Shown here: one piece after another, positions 37,751-49,305 of the stretch
How positions within the stretch are numbered: position 1 is the stretch's first letter
How the letters are laid out: every line of letters starts with the position of its first letter
Notes under the pieces: model-generated
Told to the model about the DNA's origin: nothing
Databases searched by the model: none
What the model saw: the letters and a program-made list of their open reading frames with translations, nothing else
Translations under genes and position numbers: made by a program
Assembly (NCBI GenBank): GCA_964270895.1
Contig: OZ185437.1
Length of the DNA: 64,000 nucleotides
From: Podarcis filfolensis
Lineage: Eukaryota
Direction: 5' to 3' (one strand)

Positions 37751-39467
37751 TAGAAAGGTTGGGGTTGGCTTAAGGCAGTCTGAGACTGGTGGGGCAGTGC
37801 CCCCTAGACCTTAGTGGAGCAGCCCTCACTGACCACATCCTGGCTGCTGGCACAGACAGGCAAACCCATCACATTTCCTCAAGGCTGCAAGAAATATTCC
37901 CGCACAAATGTTTATGATCAAACTGTTGGTTAAACCAAATCAAGCTGTAAGGCAAAAGAGGGCATTTTTTAAAAATGGTAATAATAAAGCAGCAACATAA
38001 ATGAATGCAACAACAGTTCTGCTTTGAATGTCTCTGCTGTTTGTTCACAAATGCATTTCCATATTATTTCGTTCCATTGACATGCATTTACCAAAGCCCT
38101 ATTGCAAGAAAAGATGGTGTGGGAGTTCTACCCAGGAACTGAAAGAATAATAATAATAAAAAAGGTATTCCCCACCCCCATTCCTTTCTTTTAACATTTC
38201 ATGGCAGAGAACAAACAAAAAAGGCTGGAGCTCAGGTGGGAGGTTATTTATCAAGAGGGTATTTGTAATAAGCATGAGAGAAGTGTCAGCTTGGAGAAAG
38301 GGGAATAATAACTGAATAGAAGATTGAATGCTTTCTCCTGAAAACATTGATAAGTGGTAGCTGAAAATAATAAAAAAGGGAACAGATGCACACATATAAA
38401 CAGACAGAAAACTGAAAAATGTTCCCTGTGTAAATGAGAATAGAAAAGGATGGAGGGGGGGAGACCACCCAATATAGGCACCTTTTATCCCAACCTACAT
38501 TAGGAATATCTCCTAGTTATTCTAATTCAATGTGCAACCTCCATCCCCAGTCAGCATACCAGCCATGCATGGTAGAGTACTAGTGGCTTGCGAAACCTTG
38601 TCTTTTTCTGCCTCCTTAGAATTTGATTTAAGACTTTTCTCCTATCTCCTTTCAAAACCTATACAGACACCACTGAAGACCACTTCTTCAGCTCTTATTG
38701 TATGTCCTCCTTTGCTGGTATAGTGAGTGCCTGCACCAGGGTTGGTGACTAAAAGGAATGTGTAGTATTTGTAGGGAGATGTTCCACACCATTGTGCATG
38801 GCCTAAGGTTTATAGCTGCAATAGCCCTGTTAGTGCCATCCCCATGGAAGCAGTTTTTGATGGTCATTATCTGGGGGAGGCCCTGCACTTTTCCTCTCAA
38901 CATTTGTAGCATTTGCGAACATTCCATTCTACCAAAGCAGTTTAATTAGTGATAAGCATGTGTGTATATGTGATTCACAGCTGTCATCTATAATAAAATA
39001 AAGCTGTCAATTTGGAAAACATAGCAATGAGATAGCTATGGGAGCTAGAAATTGACTCTATTTCTAAATTAAAGCTGGGATTGATGGAATGTCCTGGATA
39101 AACATGGATGAAAGTGGATTTGAAGTCATACACTAAGTATTTTCTCTGTGGTGTCTTTGCATTAAACAGTAGTCTTGCTCTTTTTGTAGCTGAGACATAT
39201 CCAAAATTCCATTCTGCCTGACTGCAGGGGGGGGGGGGGCGGGAATCTACATACAGACTGACCCAACAAAAGATAACAAACTAGGGGTATATTTTATATC
39301 CCTTGGTATCATCGTCTCTTATTTCTGTGGTGTTTAGATGATAAGGATGAGTGATAAGTGCTGCAAAATATCAGAGCTTCCACAACACAGAAAGGAAATC
39401 GAAAGAGGCATAAGACAATAAAGTATGAGACAAGTATGATCATGCAGCAAAAGAAGCATTTAGAAGA

Positions 39468-40279
39468 TTTAGTTTGGAGAAATGGTGGGTAAGAGGCGAC
39501 ATGACAGAAGTTTATAAAACTATGCATGGCATGGAGAAAGTGTCTCAAGAGAAGTTATGCTCCCTCTCTCATAACACTATAGCTCATGCACAACCAGTGA
39601 AGCTGAATGTTGAAAGATTCAGGGCAGATAAAAGAAAGAGGTTCTGCATGCAGCACATGATTAAACTATGGAACTCCCTCCCTTAGGAAGAAGAGACGGC
39701 TATCAACTTGGATGGCTTTGCACAAATTCATGGAGGATAAGGCTATCAGTTGCTACTAGGCTCTGCTCTGCCTTCACAGTTGGAGGCAGCAATGTTTCTG
39801 AATACCACTTGCTGGAAACCATAGGAGGGAAGAGCGCTCTTATGCTCAGGTTCTGCTTGTCGGATTCCCCAACAACTTATTATTTATAACTGCCCAATTG
39901 GCTGGGTTTCCCCAGCCACTCTGGGCGACTCCCAAAGGAATATTAAAAACACAATAAAACATCAAACATTAAAAGCGTCCCTAAACAGGGCTGCCTTCAG
40001 ATGTCTTCTAAAAGTCAGATAGTTGTTTATTTCCTTGACATCTGATGGGATGGCGTTCCACAGGGTGGGTGCCACTACTGAAAAGGCCCTCTGCCCAGTT
40101 CCCTGTAACCTCACTTCTCGCAGGGAGGAAACCGCCAGAAGGCTGTCAGTGCTGGACCTCAGTGTCCGGGCTGAATGATGGGGGTGGAGACACTCCTTCA
40201 GGTATATGAATCTGGTTGGCCACTGTGAGAACAGGATGCTGAACTAGATGGGCCACTGGCCTGATCCAGCATGTTCTTA
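39468..40279 (+). mobile_element. CR1 LINE 3' fragment interrupted by L2
   Basis: ORF 39474-39686 RGDMTEVYKTMHGMEKVSQEKL...KLWNSLP; tail gaactagatgggccactggcctgatccagc...gttctta. Confidence 0.88.
39871..40206 (-). mobile_element. L2 3' fragment nested in CR1
   Basis: Closely similar to 21051-21390 (gggctgccttcagatgtcttctaaaagtcag...ccttgacatctgatggga); tail aacaacttattatt at left. Confidence 0.92.
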
Positions 40280-40394
40280 AGCGAGAGGAAAAAGATGGGT
40301 TGGAAGGAGAAAATTGGTGTGGTGCAGTAAAGGAGAATGGAATACAAGAAATAAGAGATGAAAAGCACAATCTTTAATCTTAGATTCCACCAGC

Positions 40395-40605
40395 TGAGAA
40401 ATGGCAGAATGACACTAGAACGAGATATGGTGCCAGCATGAAAGATGCACCAATGGAGCTGCCCAAATATGCTGGCAGAATGTTCAGCCAATGGGAGTTG
40501 TGTTCTACTGACAAAGATGCACCAATGGAGTTGTCCACTATTCTGGCAGAATGTTCAGCCAATGGGTGTTGTGTTCTGCTCCCAAAGATGCACCAGCAGA
40601 ATGGC
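40395..40605. repeat. Diverged ~71-bp minisatellite (about 2.5-3 units) with four CCAAT boxes
   Basis: gcagaatg at 40404, 40475, 40546; aaagatgcacca at 40441, 40513, 40584; ccaat at 40450, 40488, 40522, 40559. Confidence 0.85.
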
Positions 40606-40899
40606 CAAAATGCGTTGGAGTTGCGGATGGAACTTGAATGTCACAGGAGAAAAGTATAGTTGCACATGCTGTCCTTACGCACACAGTCTGAGAGTGAGAC
40701 TGCTTGTGTCTAGGGTTGGTGCAAAGTTTTGTTACTTTTCATGGGCAAAGTATTATGGGTCTCATGAGCGGGAAAGAGGCTTTCACAGGAAGCAACATAA
40801 TGCTCACCCCTAACAAGCTCTTTGAAGAAAAATCTACTGGAGGGCCCAGCATCATGCTTTCATCAGAACTGCTCTTTTCACCCCTGCCCTGCAACAATA

Positions 40900-41141
40900 C
40901 AGTGGTACCTCGGGTTACATACACTTCAGGTTACATACGCTTCAGGTTACAGACTCCGCTAGCCCAGAAATAGTGCTTCAGGTTAAGAACTTTGCTTCAG
41001 GATGAGAACAGAAATCGTGCTCCAGCGGCGCGGCAGCAGCAGGAGGTCCCATTAGCTAAATTGGTGCTTCAGGTTAAGAACAGTTTCAGGTTAAGTACGG
41101 ACCTCCGGAACGAATTAGGTACTTAACCTGAGGTACCACTG
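40900..41141. mobile_element. Tc1/mariner-type MITE
   Basis: TIRs cagtggtacctcgggtta / taacctgaggtaccactg; TA flanks; same family as 10262. Confidence 0.95.
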
Positions 41142-41172
41142 TACAGGGACATCATAGAACCATAGAATTGGA

Positions 41173-41376
41173 AGGTTACAGACTCCGCTAGCCCAGAAAT
41201 AGTGCTTCAGGTTAAGAACTTTGCTTCAGGATGAGAACAGAAATTGTGCTCTGGCGGTGCAGCAGCAGCAGCAGGAGGAGGCCCCATTAGCTAAAGTGGT
41301 GCTTCAGGTTAAGAACAGTTTCAGGTTAAGAACGGACCTCCGGAACGAATTAAGTACTTAACCCGAGGTACCACTG
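41173..41376. mobile_element. Second mariner MITE copy lacking the left TIR
   Basis: Begins at aggttacagactccgc directly after the CR1-tail-like catagaaccatagaattgg; right TIR and TA intact. Confidence 0.9.
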
Positions 41377-42224
41377 TATAGGTATTTATGCTGCTAAAAA
41401 GGGAGCAGAGAGATCTGAGATCTGCAATGCTCATACAAATCTGAGCATTCCAAAGCATTTATTGGTGCATCATGTGTGTAGATGTTTCAGTGGGCCAGAG
41501 AAACTCTTTTATGAAGATTTGGCAGGACCACACTAATGAACAAGCCAAGCTAACAAAACAGGTCATCCCCTGACAGGGTTGTCTTGGAATTATCTCTTCA
41601 TTATGTTGTTAAGATTGATTAGGAATTAACATGTATAGAAGGCATATTATCAGCTGATGGAGAAGTCATGTTTTCTTGCCCTATCAACCAGACAAGGTCA
41701 GCCAAATATTTGGGAATTAGCCTTCATGCTGGAAGATTGCCAGTTGTTTAAAGCAGTATCACCAAGGTGTTTGTAATAATCTCTACTGAAGATATATTTA
41801 TTGTGAGGCAAGGCTTTAAGTATCTGCATAAATTGTAGGTTTCTGACTGCATCTGGAACTTCTTTCTGTGGAACAATCATATGAAAAAAGAAGCAATAAA
41901 ATTTACTTGGATAAGGAAAATAAGGGAGAAAATGAGATAAATCGGAAGCAGATAATAGCCTAATCTGTCAAATTCTATCAAGTGGGGGTATTTATTACTA
42001 GAAATCTGAAGCATGCGGTTTGGATTTATAAGAAGGTAAAACCGGTAATGGTGGCCAGATCTCTCAGTACAAAATATCCTTTAATGAAAGACTTTGAAGT
42101 TGCTTTCACTTTAAACTAGTTCCATTCTCTTTCCTTTTAATATGGACTAAATGTTCTCTGATCTATGTTCCAGATTTTAAAAGCTTAAACACAAAATAAT
42201 TTTGTTGAAATGAAGAGTTTAATA

Positions 42225-42225
42225 T

Positions 42226-42277
<52 letters not shown>

Positions 42278-42279
42278 TC
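42225..42279. repeat. (CTTT)n microsatellite
   Basis: Read directly. Confidence 0.95.
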
Positions 42280-43104
42280 ATCAACATGGAATCTGGATCA
42301 ACTAACACTTGATAACAGATATTTTGTGCAGATTTTTTTCTTCATTTTTTTTGCATTTGATATTGTAATTATGTTAGTAAATTTAGCCATTTTAAAGGCT
42401 GCAATATACCCAGTTACCTGGGACTAAGCTATATTGAACCCAGTGGGATTAACTTCTGAGTAGACATGCATATGAATTCTCAGTTAACAATCTTTCTGCA
42501 GAGGAAACTAATAAAGAGATGTGATCCTCGTTATAAAATAAGATATTTTGAATAAAGGAACTATTGAAATAATCTGTCCATCACATCCAGAGCACACCTT
42601 ACCAGCTAGCAGTTCTGCTTGGCCTCCATGCCTCTCAGTAGGGCATCACCAACCGTCCCCACCTTTTCCTCCTCTTACTGCAGGTGATGAGCAAGTTTTA
42701 GATGCGTAAATAACTTTTTAAGAGGACAAGACTTCAAATTGTGGGACTAACAGCACTTAGAGCATTGGATGAACGGGAGTATTTTTACCCTCCTAAAATT
42801 AGCAGAAATGCCTAAATATCTTGCTCGACACTTCACAGATGGCAATATTAAACTTGGTAACTTCTTTATAACACTGAGTTATTAGGTGTCACTCCATTCA
42901 AGGTCAATGAATTCATTTGCTATCTAATTTGAATGTGACGTGATCTAGCTGCCATTGAAGTTAATGTTCCTTGATTAATAGCATCTGAAAAGCCTTTTCT
43001 TCTCCTCTTGAAAAGACCCTTCCATTTATGGTATTTGGAAGCCATGAAACGTAAAATGCTCAATGCATGAGTTTAATGCATGCAGTGCTTCTGCTTAGCA
43101 TAGA

Positions 43105-43300
43105 GGTGGTATGGCGTAGTGGAGAAGGCTTGCCTTGGGCTCAGGAGCCTTGTCCATTCATCCATGAAACTCACTGTGTGGCCTTGGGGAAATCACCATT
43201 CTTAGTCTATTCTTCTTCATAGTGTAGTAGCTGTGAGAATAAAGCAGGATAATTATGTGGGATGCATACAAAGGTGCCCTTCCTTGAATGGAAGCAATCA
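43105..43300 (+). mobile_element. Old MIR/CORE-like SINE
   Basis: ggtatggcgtagtgg A-box-like start; ccatgaaactcactgtgtggccttgggg core. Confidence 0.55.
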
Positions 43301-45207
43301 CTCCATTTACAGGTGGGAGCCTTCCATTTGTGACCTGGATTCAGTAGAGAGTTTCCATGAACTTAGATTGGGTGAGTTTCCTCTTTCCCCTGCAGCCCCC
43401 TGTGACATCTCCCAAGCTGTTATGGAGAATACGCCAAATTTCCAGAAAAAAGGGCTTTGGGGGTATGTTGTGGTCTGAGGCTGTGAAGGGGAAGCTGAGA
43501 CTCAATGGCATTCTGCTCCATGAGTAGATTTCTACTTATGGAATGCTGGTTCCCACCTCATGTGAGCTGCCCTGTGGACCTTGGACAAAGCGTGGGATAC
43601 AAATGTGATGTATGTATTGAATTTAATCCTGACATGTGTCTACTGCATCAATGTCCAAAAAGGTTTCAGGCATTGAGCATCTCTATCAACATGCATTTAC
43701 AGGCCACTTCCTGACACTTCTGAAACCATACCAAGTGACACAAAGCATCAAAGTGTCTGGAGAAGGACCTGGAAGTCAGCTGTGTTCCATGTGGGCTTAA
43801 AAGTTAACATTAATATAGCTGTCCTATGAGATGCAAATGGTTGCTTTGGGTTTTCCATGGAAAAGTAAAGTAGGGTATCATTAAATGTAGGAGGCTTCAT
43901 CTTTAATCATTGTTTAAATGAAGCAGTTTATGTCAGAGTAATAGAAATGAAATCCCCTCTTCTTCACAGCTATTAAACTTATAGGAGCTCCATCTTACTT
44001 GGATAGTGCTGTTCTTGCACTATATGTCCACCTGCATTTAAAGTCCAGATATTTTGAAGATCAGCAAGGCACAATGTGAGGACCTTCCTTGTGAATAAGG
44101 ACTAGTATTTATCAGAATTCTTACCAAAACCAGTACATCATCATTTGTCATTGAGAGATCAACATAAAATACCAGTTATCCATGAACTTGTTTCTTCTGT
44201 TGTGCTGTGAACACTTTTTAAAAAAAACTATCCCAAGATATAACATTTTCTCCCTATCTGCACCTGCTTCTCTTTTCCTCTTTCCTATCGCCATCAGAAC
44301 AGGTAAAGAAAGGACTAGCAAACCTGCCCAGGAGTCACTGCACGATTCTTACATGTATCCGTGAGTGCCATGCATGTGTTGATACAGCACATCTTTGCTA
44401 ACACGTGGCTTATCTTTGAGTTGGGCTCTCAATTAATTGGCCTTTCTGCTTTGCAAAACTGGCTACAATTCATGTCAGCATGAGCATTCCTAGGGAGCTG
44501 TTTGGTGGTGCAGGAACACAATAAATCTGCAGAAAGCTGGATATTTGGAGTGATTCAGAATTTTTAATAGGCTGATTATCTTGTGGTATAAAAGCATTCT
44601 CACCTGAGCCAGAGTTTGCTGAAGACAAAAGAAGTCTGTATGCCTGTCAGAATATCCTTTGAATGTGAGAGAAGCAAAATAAAAGCATCGTCTTACAACG
44701 TAGAGGATGATCTGAGATGACCCAGAGTCACTGAGGGGCAATAAATGGCTTGGAGCCCCCAGAGGACATTTTTATGGTTTAAGAGTAATAGAATGGTGTC
44801 TGAAAAGAGCAAATAGCCTGCCTTTGTGTTTGTATACTATGCAGTGCGGTAACTTCTACCACCTACCAGGTGTGCTTCATTGTATAACCAAGTATTGATT
44901 GTCTTCTGGGTAAAATTCAATGATAACTGAAGTGTCACAAGCTGCATTTGATCATTACTGCAACTTTCATTGATTTTCCCATTGGCTAGCCAGCACAACC
45001 TTTTCCCAAAGAGAAATAACTACATTTTGAAAAATCAGCCCTGGGAAAGATTTTCTTTAATTCTTTGGGAAAATGATAAATAAATAAATGAGGAGTTTGG
45101 CTTCCTTTCCTCTTTAGAATATCAACATAACTTGTAGTTTGTAGACAATTACATTGTATGACAGAGGTTTACGCTGCTAAGACTTATTAGCTTTTTATTA
45201 CATTAGC

Positions 45208-45358
45208 TATGGGAAGGAATCACAGTTCAGTGGCAGAGTACAGGCTTGGCATCCCAAGTTAAAAAACACCAATTCGTGGGTGATGGGAAAGATCACTTTG
45301 TGCTTGAGACCTTGGAGAGCCTCTTGCAGTCTAAGGAAGCAATAGTGATATAGCTGGA
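45208..45358 (+). mobile_element. Old tRNA-derived SINE fragment
   Basis: gggaaggaatcacagttcagtggcagag head; gagaccttggagagcctcttgcagtc body. Confidence 0.5.
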
Positions 45359-45958
45359 TCATACCCTCCAACATTTCTTGCTTTCTGCCCTGAAGATTCC
45401 AGCCAAGCTGTCTGCTAAAAGCCCTCCCATTTCCGAAGTTTGGCTAGCATTTTCTGGCAGGCAGGTAATCTACACAACCTACGGTTGGAAGCCCTCATTT
45501 GAGTACCTGCCCTTGCAACCTGCCCAGGAAAGCTCCACAGTGGCCTTAGAATGACAGCTTCTGTTTCCTTTGGGTTCACTCTGATGCTGAAGCCCCTTCT
45601 CTGACCCTTTTTGGACAGACTATATAAGGAACTATAGGTATCAAATTGAAGTATCACATTTAGTCCACTGAATTCCATATCTCCTCTCTTGCCTGAAGAA
45701 CCCCTGTGCAGCCATATTTGCCTATGTATCACCTCATCTCTCTCTATCCATTTCTTCCTGGCCTTCCTGGCCATTCCTTCTGTCCGTGCCTGCATTGATC
45801 CAGTTTTTTGAGAGTTGATGCTGGAGAAGCAGAGAGTGGTCAGGGTTCCTCCCCCATGGCCCAGACAACTCCAGTGACATGGAAAGGAATGGTGCTGCTG
45901 TGGCTCATGACACTAGCAGACAGGAAGGTGCTTTGTTTCAAGAGAAATTGGTCCATTG

Positions 45959-46095
45959 CAGACCCTCCAAGTGTCCCTATTTTCCAGGGACATCCCTGAT
46001 TTAGAGAAGTCATACCGGTTTCTGATTTGATCCCGTAATGTCCCGCTTTTCCTTAGGATGTCCCTATTTTCATTGGAGAAATGCCAGAAGGTATG
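45959..46095. mobile_element. MITE (cataccctccaa TIR family)
   Basis: Left cagaccctccaagtgtccc, right aaatgccagaaggtatg. Another terminus cataccctccaacattt at 45360-45376. Confidence 0.65.
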
Positions 46096-46119
46096 GAGTT
46101 ATCCAACCCCCAGTTTGAA

Positions 46120-46252
46120 GGGAATCCTGAATAGGGAAGGTTTTTAAAAACGTTTGATGTTTTATTATGTTTTTATATATGTTGGAAGCTGCCCAGAGTG
46201 CTGGGACAACCCAATAAGATGTGTGGGGTATAAATAGTAAAATTATCGTTAT
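46120..46252 (+). mobile_element. L2 3' end adjoining/within the MITE
   Basis: tagggaaggtttttaa...ggaagctgcccagagtgctgggacaaccc...ggggtataaatagtaaaattat is the sense version of the L2 tail seen antisense at 21051 and 39871. Confidence 0.8.
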
Positions 46253-46459
46253 GGAATGGGACGTCCCTATTTTCATCAATTCAAAGGCAAGCAGAGATAC
46301 TTTTAGACAAAGAAGAATGAAGAGCTTAGAGGTCCCGAAACACCAGCTTAGTGTAAAAGTGAACAAAGGGTGAAGTGGCTGTGTTTACTTTTCTAAATAA
46401 GAGTGCTTGACTGCAGTTAGGTGTTTTTCACTGCTAGCTGGCAGGTCACACAAGATCTC

Positions 46460-46536
46460 AGGGCACTGCAGAGAGTTGGGGTAGGTAACCCTTGGGGTCT
46501 CTTCCAGCTCTAGAGTGCTATGATTCTGTGATTCTA
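46460..46536 (+). mobile_element. CR1 3' tail fragment
   Basis: cccttggggtctcttccagctctagagtgctatgattctgtgattcta. Confidence 0.7.
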
Positions 46537-46859
46537 GGGCTCTCAGTAACCAACTGATAAGTCTTAAGGTGCTGTCTGGATTGCATATGGGGAATTTTGA
46601 GTTTATGCACTTCCAAGAGCAATATAAAATGAGACAAAGAGGTCCAGGCCGTTCCCTTGTCTATCTCAATAGAGGGTGGTGACTAGTCTTGAAAACACAG
46701 CCAATCCTCGATTGCCAAGCCTTGCTAGCTAATGTTGCAGATATTAAGGATATTCTGAGCCAATATGATAATATGGGGATATAATTGTGCTATCTGGAAA
46801 TAGCTTTGTAATCTGAGGGTTGATCATTTATTTGTATGCCTTTCTGTTTCTTCCAACAG

Positions 46860-46927
46860 GGACCAGTGATAAAAGAGGACAGAGTCCTGAACCTTTAATA
46901 ACTATGAAAAAAGAGGCTTTTCATCAG
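46860..46927 (+). other. Candidate 68-nt exon, gene unknown
   Basis: Acceptor ctttctgtttcttccaacag, donor cag|gtattt. Open frame TSDKRGQSPEPLITMKKEAFHQ. Confidence 0.22.
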
Positions 46928-47604
46928 GTATTTGCTATGCATGCTGTGCTTCCTGAAATTATCTTTAGAAACTTTTAATACAATACACCTGGCTCTCCTT
47001 TGCATTTGATCACTTTATTAGGTGGCACTTTTAACACATGTTTTAGAATTAACACATCCACACACCACAATGACTTAATGCTGGACATTTCTCAGACAAA
47101 TCATTTTTTAAAATTCTTATTACCAACGGAACCAATGTACTTGTTTATATTTGTTGACATAGGGCTTTCAAAAGTGGGCTCTACATTAGTTTGTCTTAAT
47201 TTCCAAAATCCATATTAATTTCATGCTATAAGAGCTATGAATTTAAGATCTGAGATGCAGCTTCTATCGTCTTAGCCTTATAGGATTTATAGCTTTTCTG
47301 GAGTAACCAGGAAAGGGAGAGAGAGAGAGCATGTAGAGAGAATTATGTTATTAACAGTGTTTGAACTTCAGTATGTCAACTAGCATGTCCGTCATGGTGT
47401 AGACAATTGATCCACAGAGATTTAACCCAAAGCACTTTTGCTTGGCCCATTAAGCTGGAAGCTGCTATAGAGTCATCTGAGAATTGAGTTGGCTTTAAAT
47501 TATTATCATTCATACTAGAAGGCCGGCTCATCCCAATTTAGGAAAAGGAGAGTGGAATAGTCTCTTTTGGACTGGAGAGGAAATAATGTACTTCTCCTCC
47601 TATA

Positions 47605-47976
47605 AAGGTAAAAGGTAAAGGACCCTTGAAGGGTTAAGTCCATTTAAACTATGGGCTGTGGTGCTCATCTTGCTTCAGACCGGGGAGCCAGCGTTTGTCC
47701 ACAGACAGCTTTCCGGGTCATGTGGCCAGCATGACTAAACTGCTTCTGGTGCAATGGGACACCAGAAGTGGATGCCAGAGCGCACGGAAACGCTGTTTAC
47801 CTTCCCACCATAGCAGTACCTATTTATCTACTTGCACTGGTGTGCTTTTGAACTGCTAGGTGGGCAGGAGCTGGGACAGAGCAATGGGAGCTCACCCCAT
47901 CACATGGATTTGAACCGCCAACCTTCCAATCAGCAAGCCCAAGAGGCTCATTGGTTTAGACCACAGCGCCACCCAC
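47605..47976 (-). mobile_element. Sauria SINE (longer variant)
   Basis: Tail aaggtaaaaggtaaagg, head accacagcgccacccac. Perfect 12-bp TSD tctcctcctata (47593-47604, 47977-47988). Confidence 0.95.
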
Positions 47977-48246
47977 TCTCCTCCTATAGGACCATAGAAG
48001 AAAGAGGAATAGAGATGAACTCCAAATCAACTATTGTTGCAGGTTTAGTTTGTTACAAAGACGATTTTGCCTAGCTGGTGGCTCACTAGGAAAAGTATTG
48101 TTATGAGTTTGGGAGAAGGCAGATCCCCCAAAATTCTTAGATTTAGTAAATGTTAGGATTAAATCAATGCTTGGAGTATTGAAGAAAGCTGCCGGACACT
48201 GAATTTAGTAGTGTCAAAAAGACAGGCAAAATTGGTGGGGCTATAG

Positions 48247-48594
48247 TGGGTGGTGCTGTGGGTTAAACCACAGAGCCTAGGACTTGCCGATCAGAAGGTC
48301 GGCGGTTTGAATCCCCACGACGGGGTGAGCTCCTGTTGCTCGGTCCCTGCTCCTGCCAACCTAGCAGTTTGAAAGCACGTCAAAAGTGCAAGTAGATAAA
48401 TAGGTACCGCTCCGGCGGGAAGGTAAACGGCATTTCCGTGCACTGCTCTGGTTTGCCAGAAGTGGCTTAGTCATGCTGGCCACATGACCCGGAAGCTGTA
48501 TGCCGGCTCCCTTGGCCAATAAAGCGAGATGAGCGCCGCAACCCCAGAGTCGGTCACGACTGGACCTAATGGTCATGGGCCCCTTTACCTTTAC
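48247..48594 (+). mobile_element. Sauria SINE, near full length
   Basis: Head gggtggtgctgtgggttaaacc, tail ccctttacctttac; ctatag on both sides. Confidence 0.95.
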
Positions 48595-48772
48595 CTATAG
48601 CCTTTAGACAATGGTGTCACTGCAATATTATAGCCACTGTACTTTGCTTCTGATCATGAACGCCCCTCCAACTAGTGGCTGCTATTTACAATTTTTAAAA
48701 AGATACACACAATGTCAAACCATACCTTTAATGCCATGTGTAGTTTGGCCTCAGTGTGACACAGAATAAGAT

Positions 48773-48895
48773 CAGGGGGTTTTTCAGCCAGAACTCACCT
48801 GAACTCAGTTCTGGGACCTCTCTGGTAGGCACCATTGCCATTAAAAGAGAACAAGGGTGAATTCTGGCACCTTTTTTTCTAGAAAAATGGCACTG
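48773..48895. mobile_element. hAT-type MITE
   Basis: Ends cagggggttttt / aaaaatggcactg; TSD aataagat / gataggat (6/8). Confidence 0.7.
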
Positions 48896-49089
48896 GATAG
48901 GATTATGCTTTCTTTTTATTATTGTTAAGATCCTTTTGCTTGGAAAGTTTCAGAGTGCCCATCTCTCTCTTTCAAAATGGGCTGGAAGTATCTTAACCAC
49001 TGAGGTGAAATCCCCTCAGTTTTCAGACACAATGGGGTGCCTTCGACTATGCCTTGCAACAAATGACAGGATTCTGTTTATTGTATTAT

Positions 49090-49305
49090 ATTATTACATT
49101 TATATCCCATCTTTCCTCCAAGGAGTTCAAGGTCGCATTGGTAGTTCCCCCCTTCCCCATTTTATCCTCATTGCAACCCTGTGAGGTAGGTTGGACTGAA
49201 AGACAGTAACTGACCCAAAGTCAACCAGTGAACTTCGTGGCAGAGCAGGGATTTTCCCCTGGTTTCCCAGGTCCTAGTCCAACATTCTAACCACTATACC
49301 ACACT
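49090..49305 (-). mobile_element. MIR/CORE-like SINE
   Basis: ttatcctcattgcaaccctgtgaggtaggttgg...cccaggtcctagtccaacattctaaccactataccac. Confidence 0.8.

Noticed and set aside
40395-40605. CRISPR-like repeat-spacer array
   Set aside because: The intervening segments are also homologous to each other (tandem repeat, not unique spacers); eukaryotic context and no cas genes.
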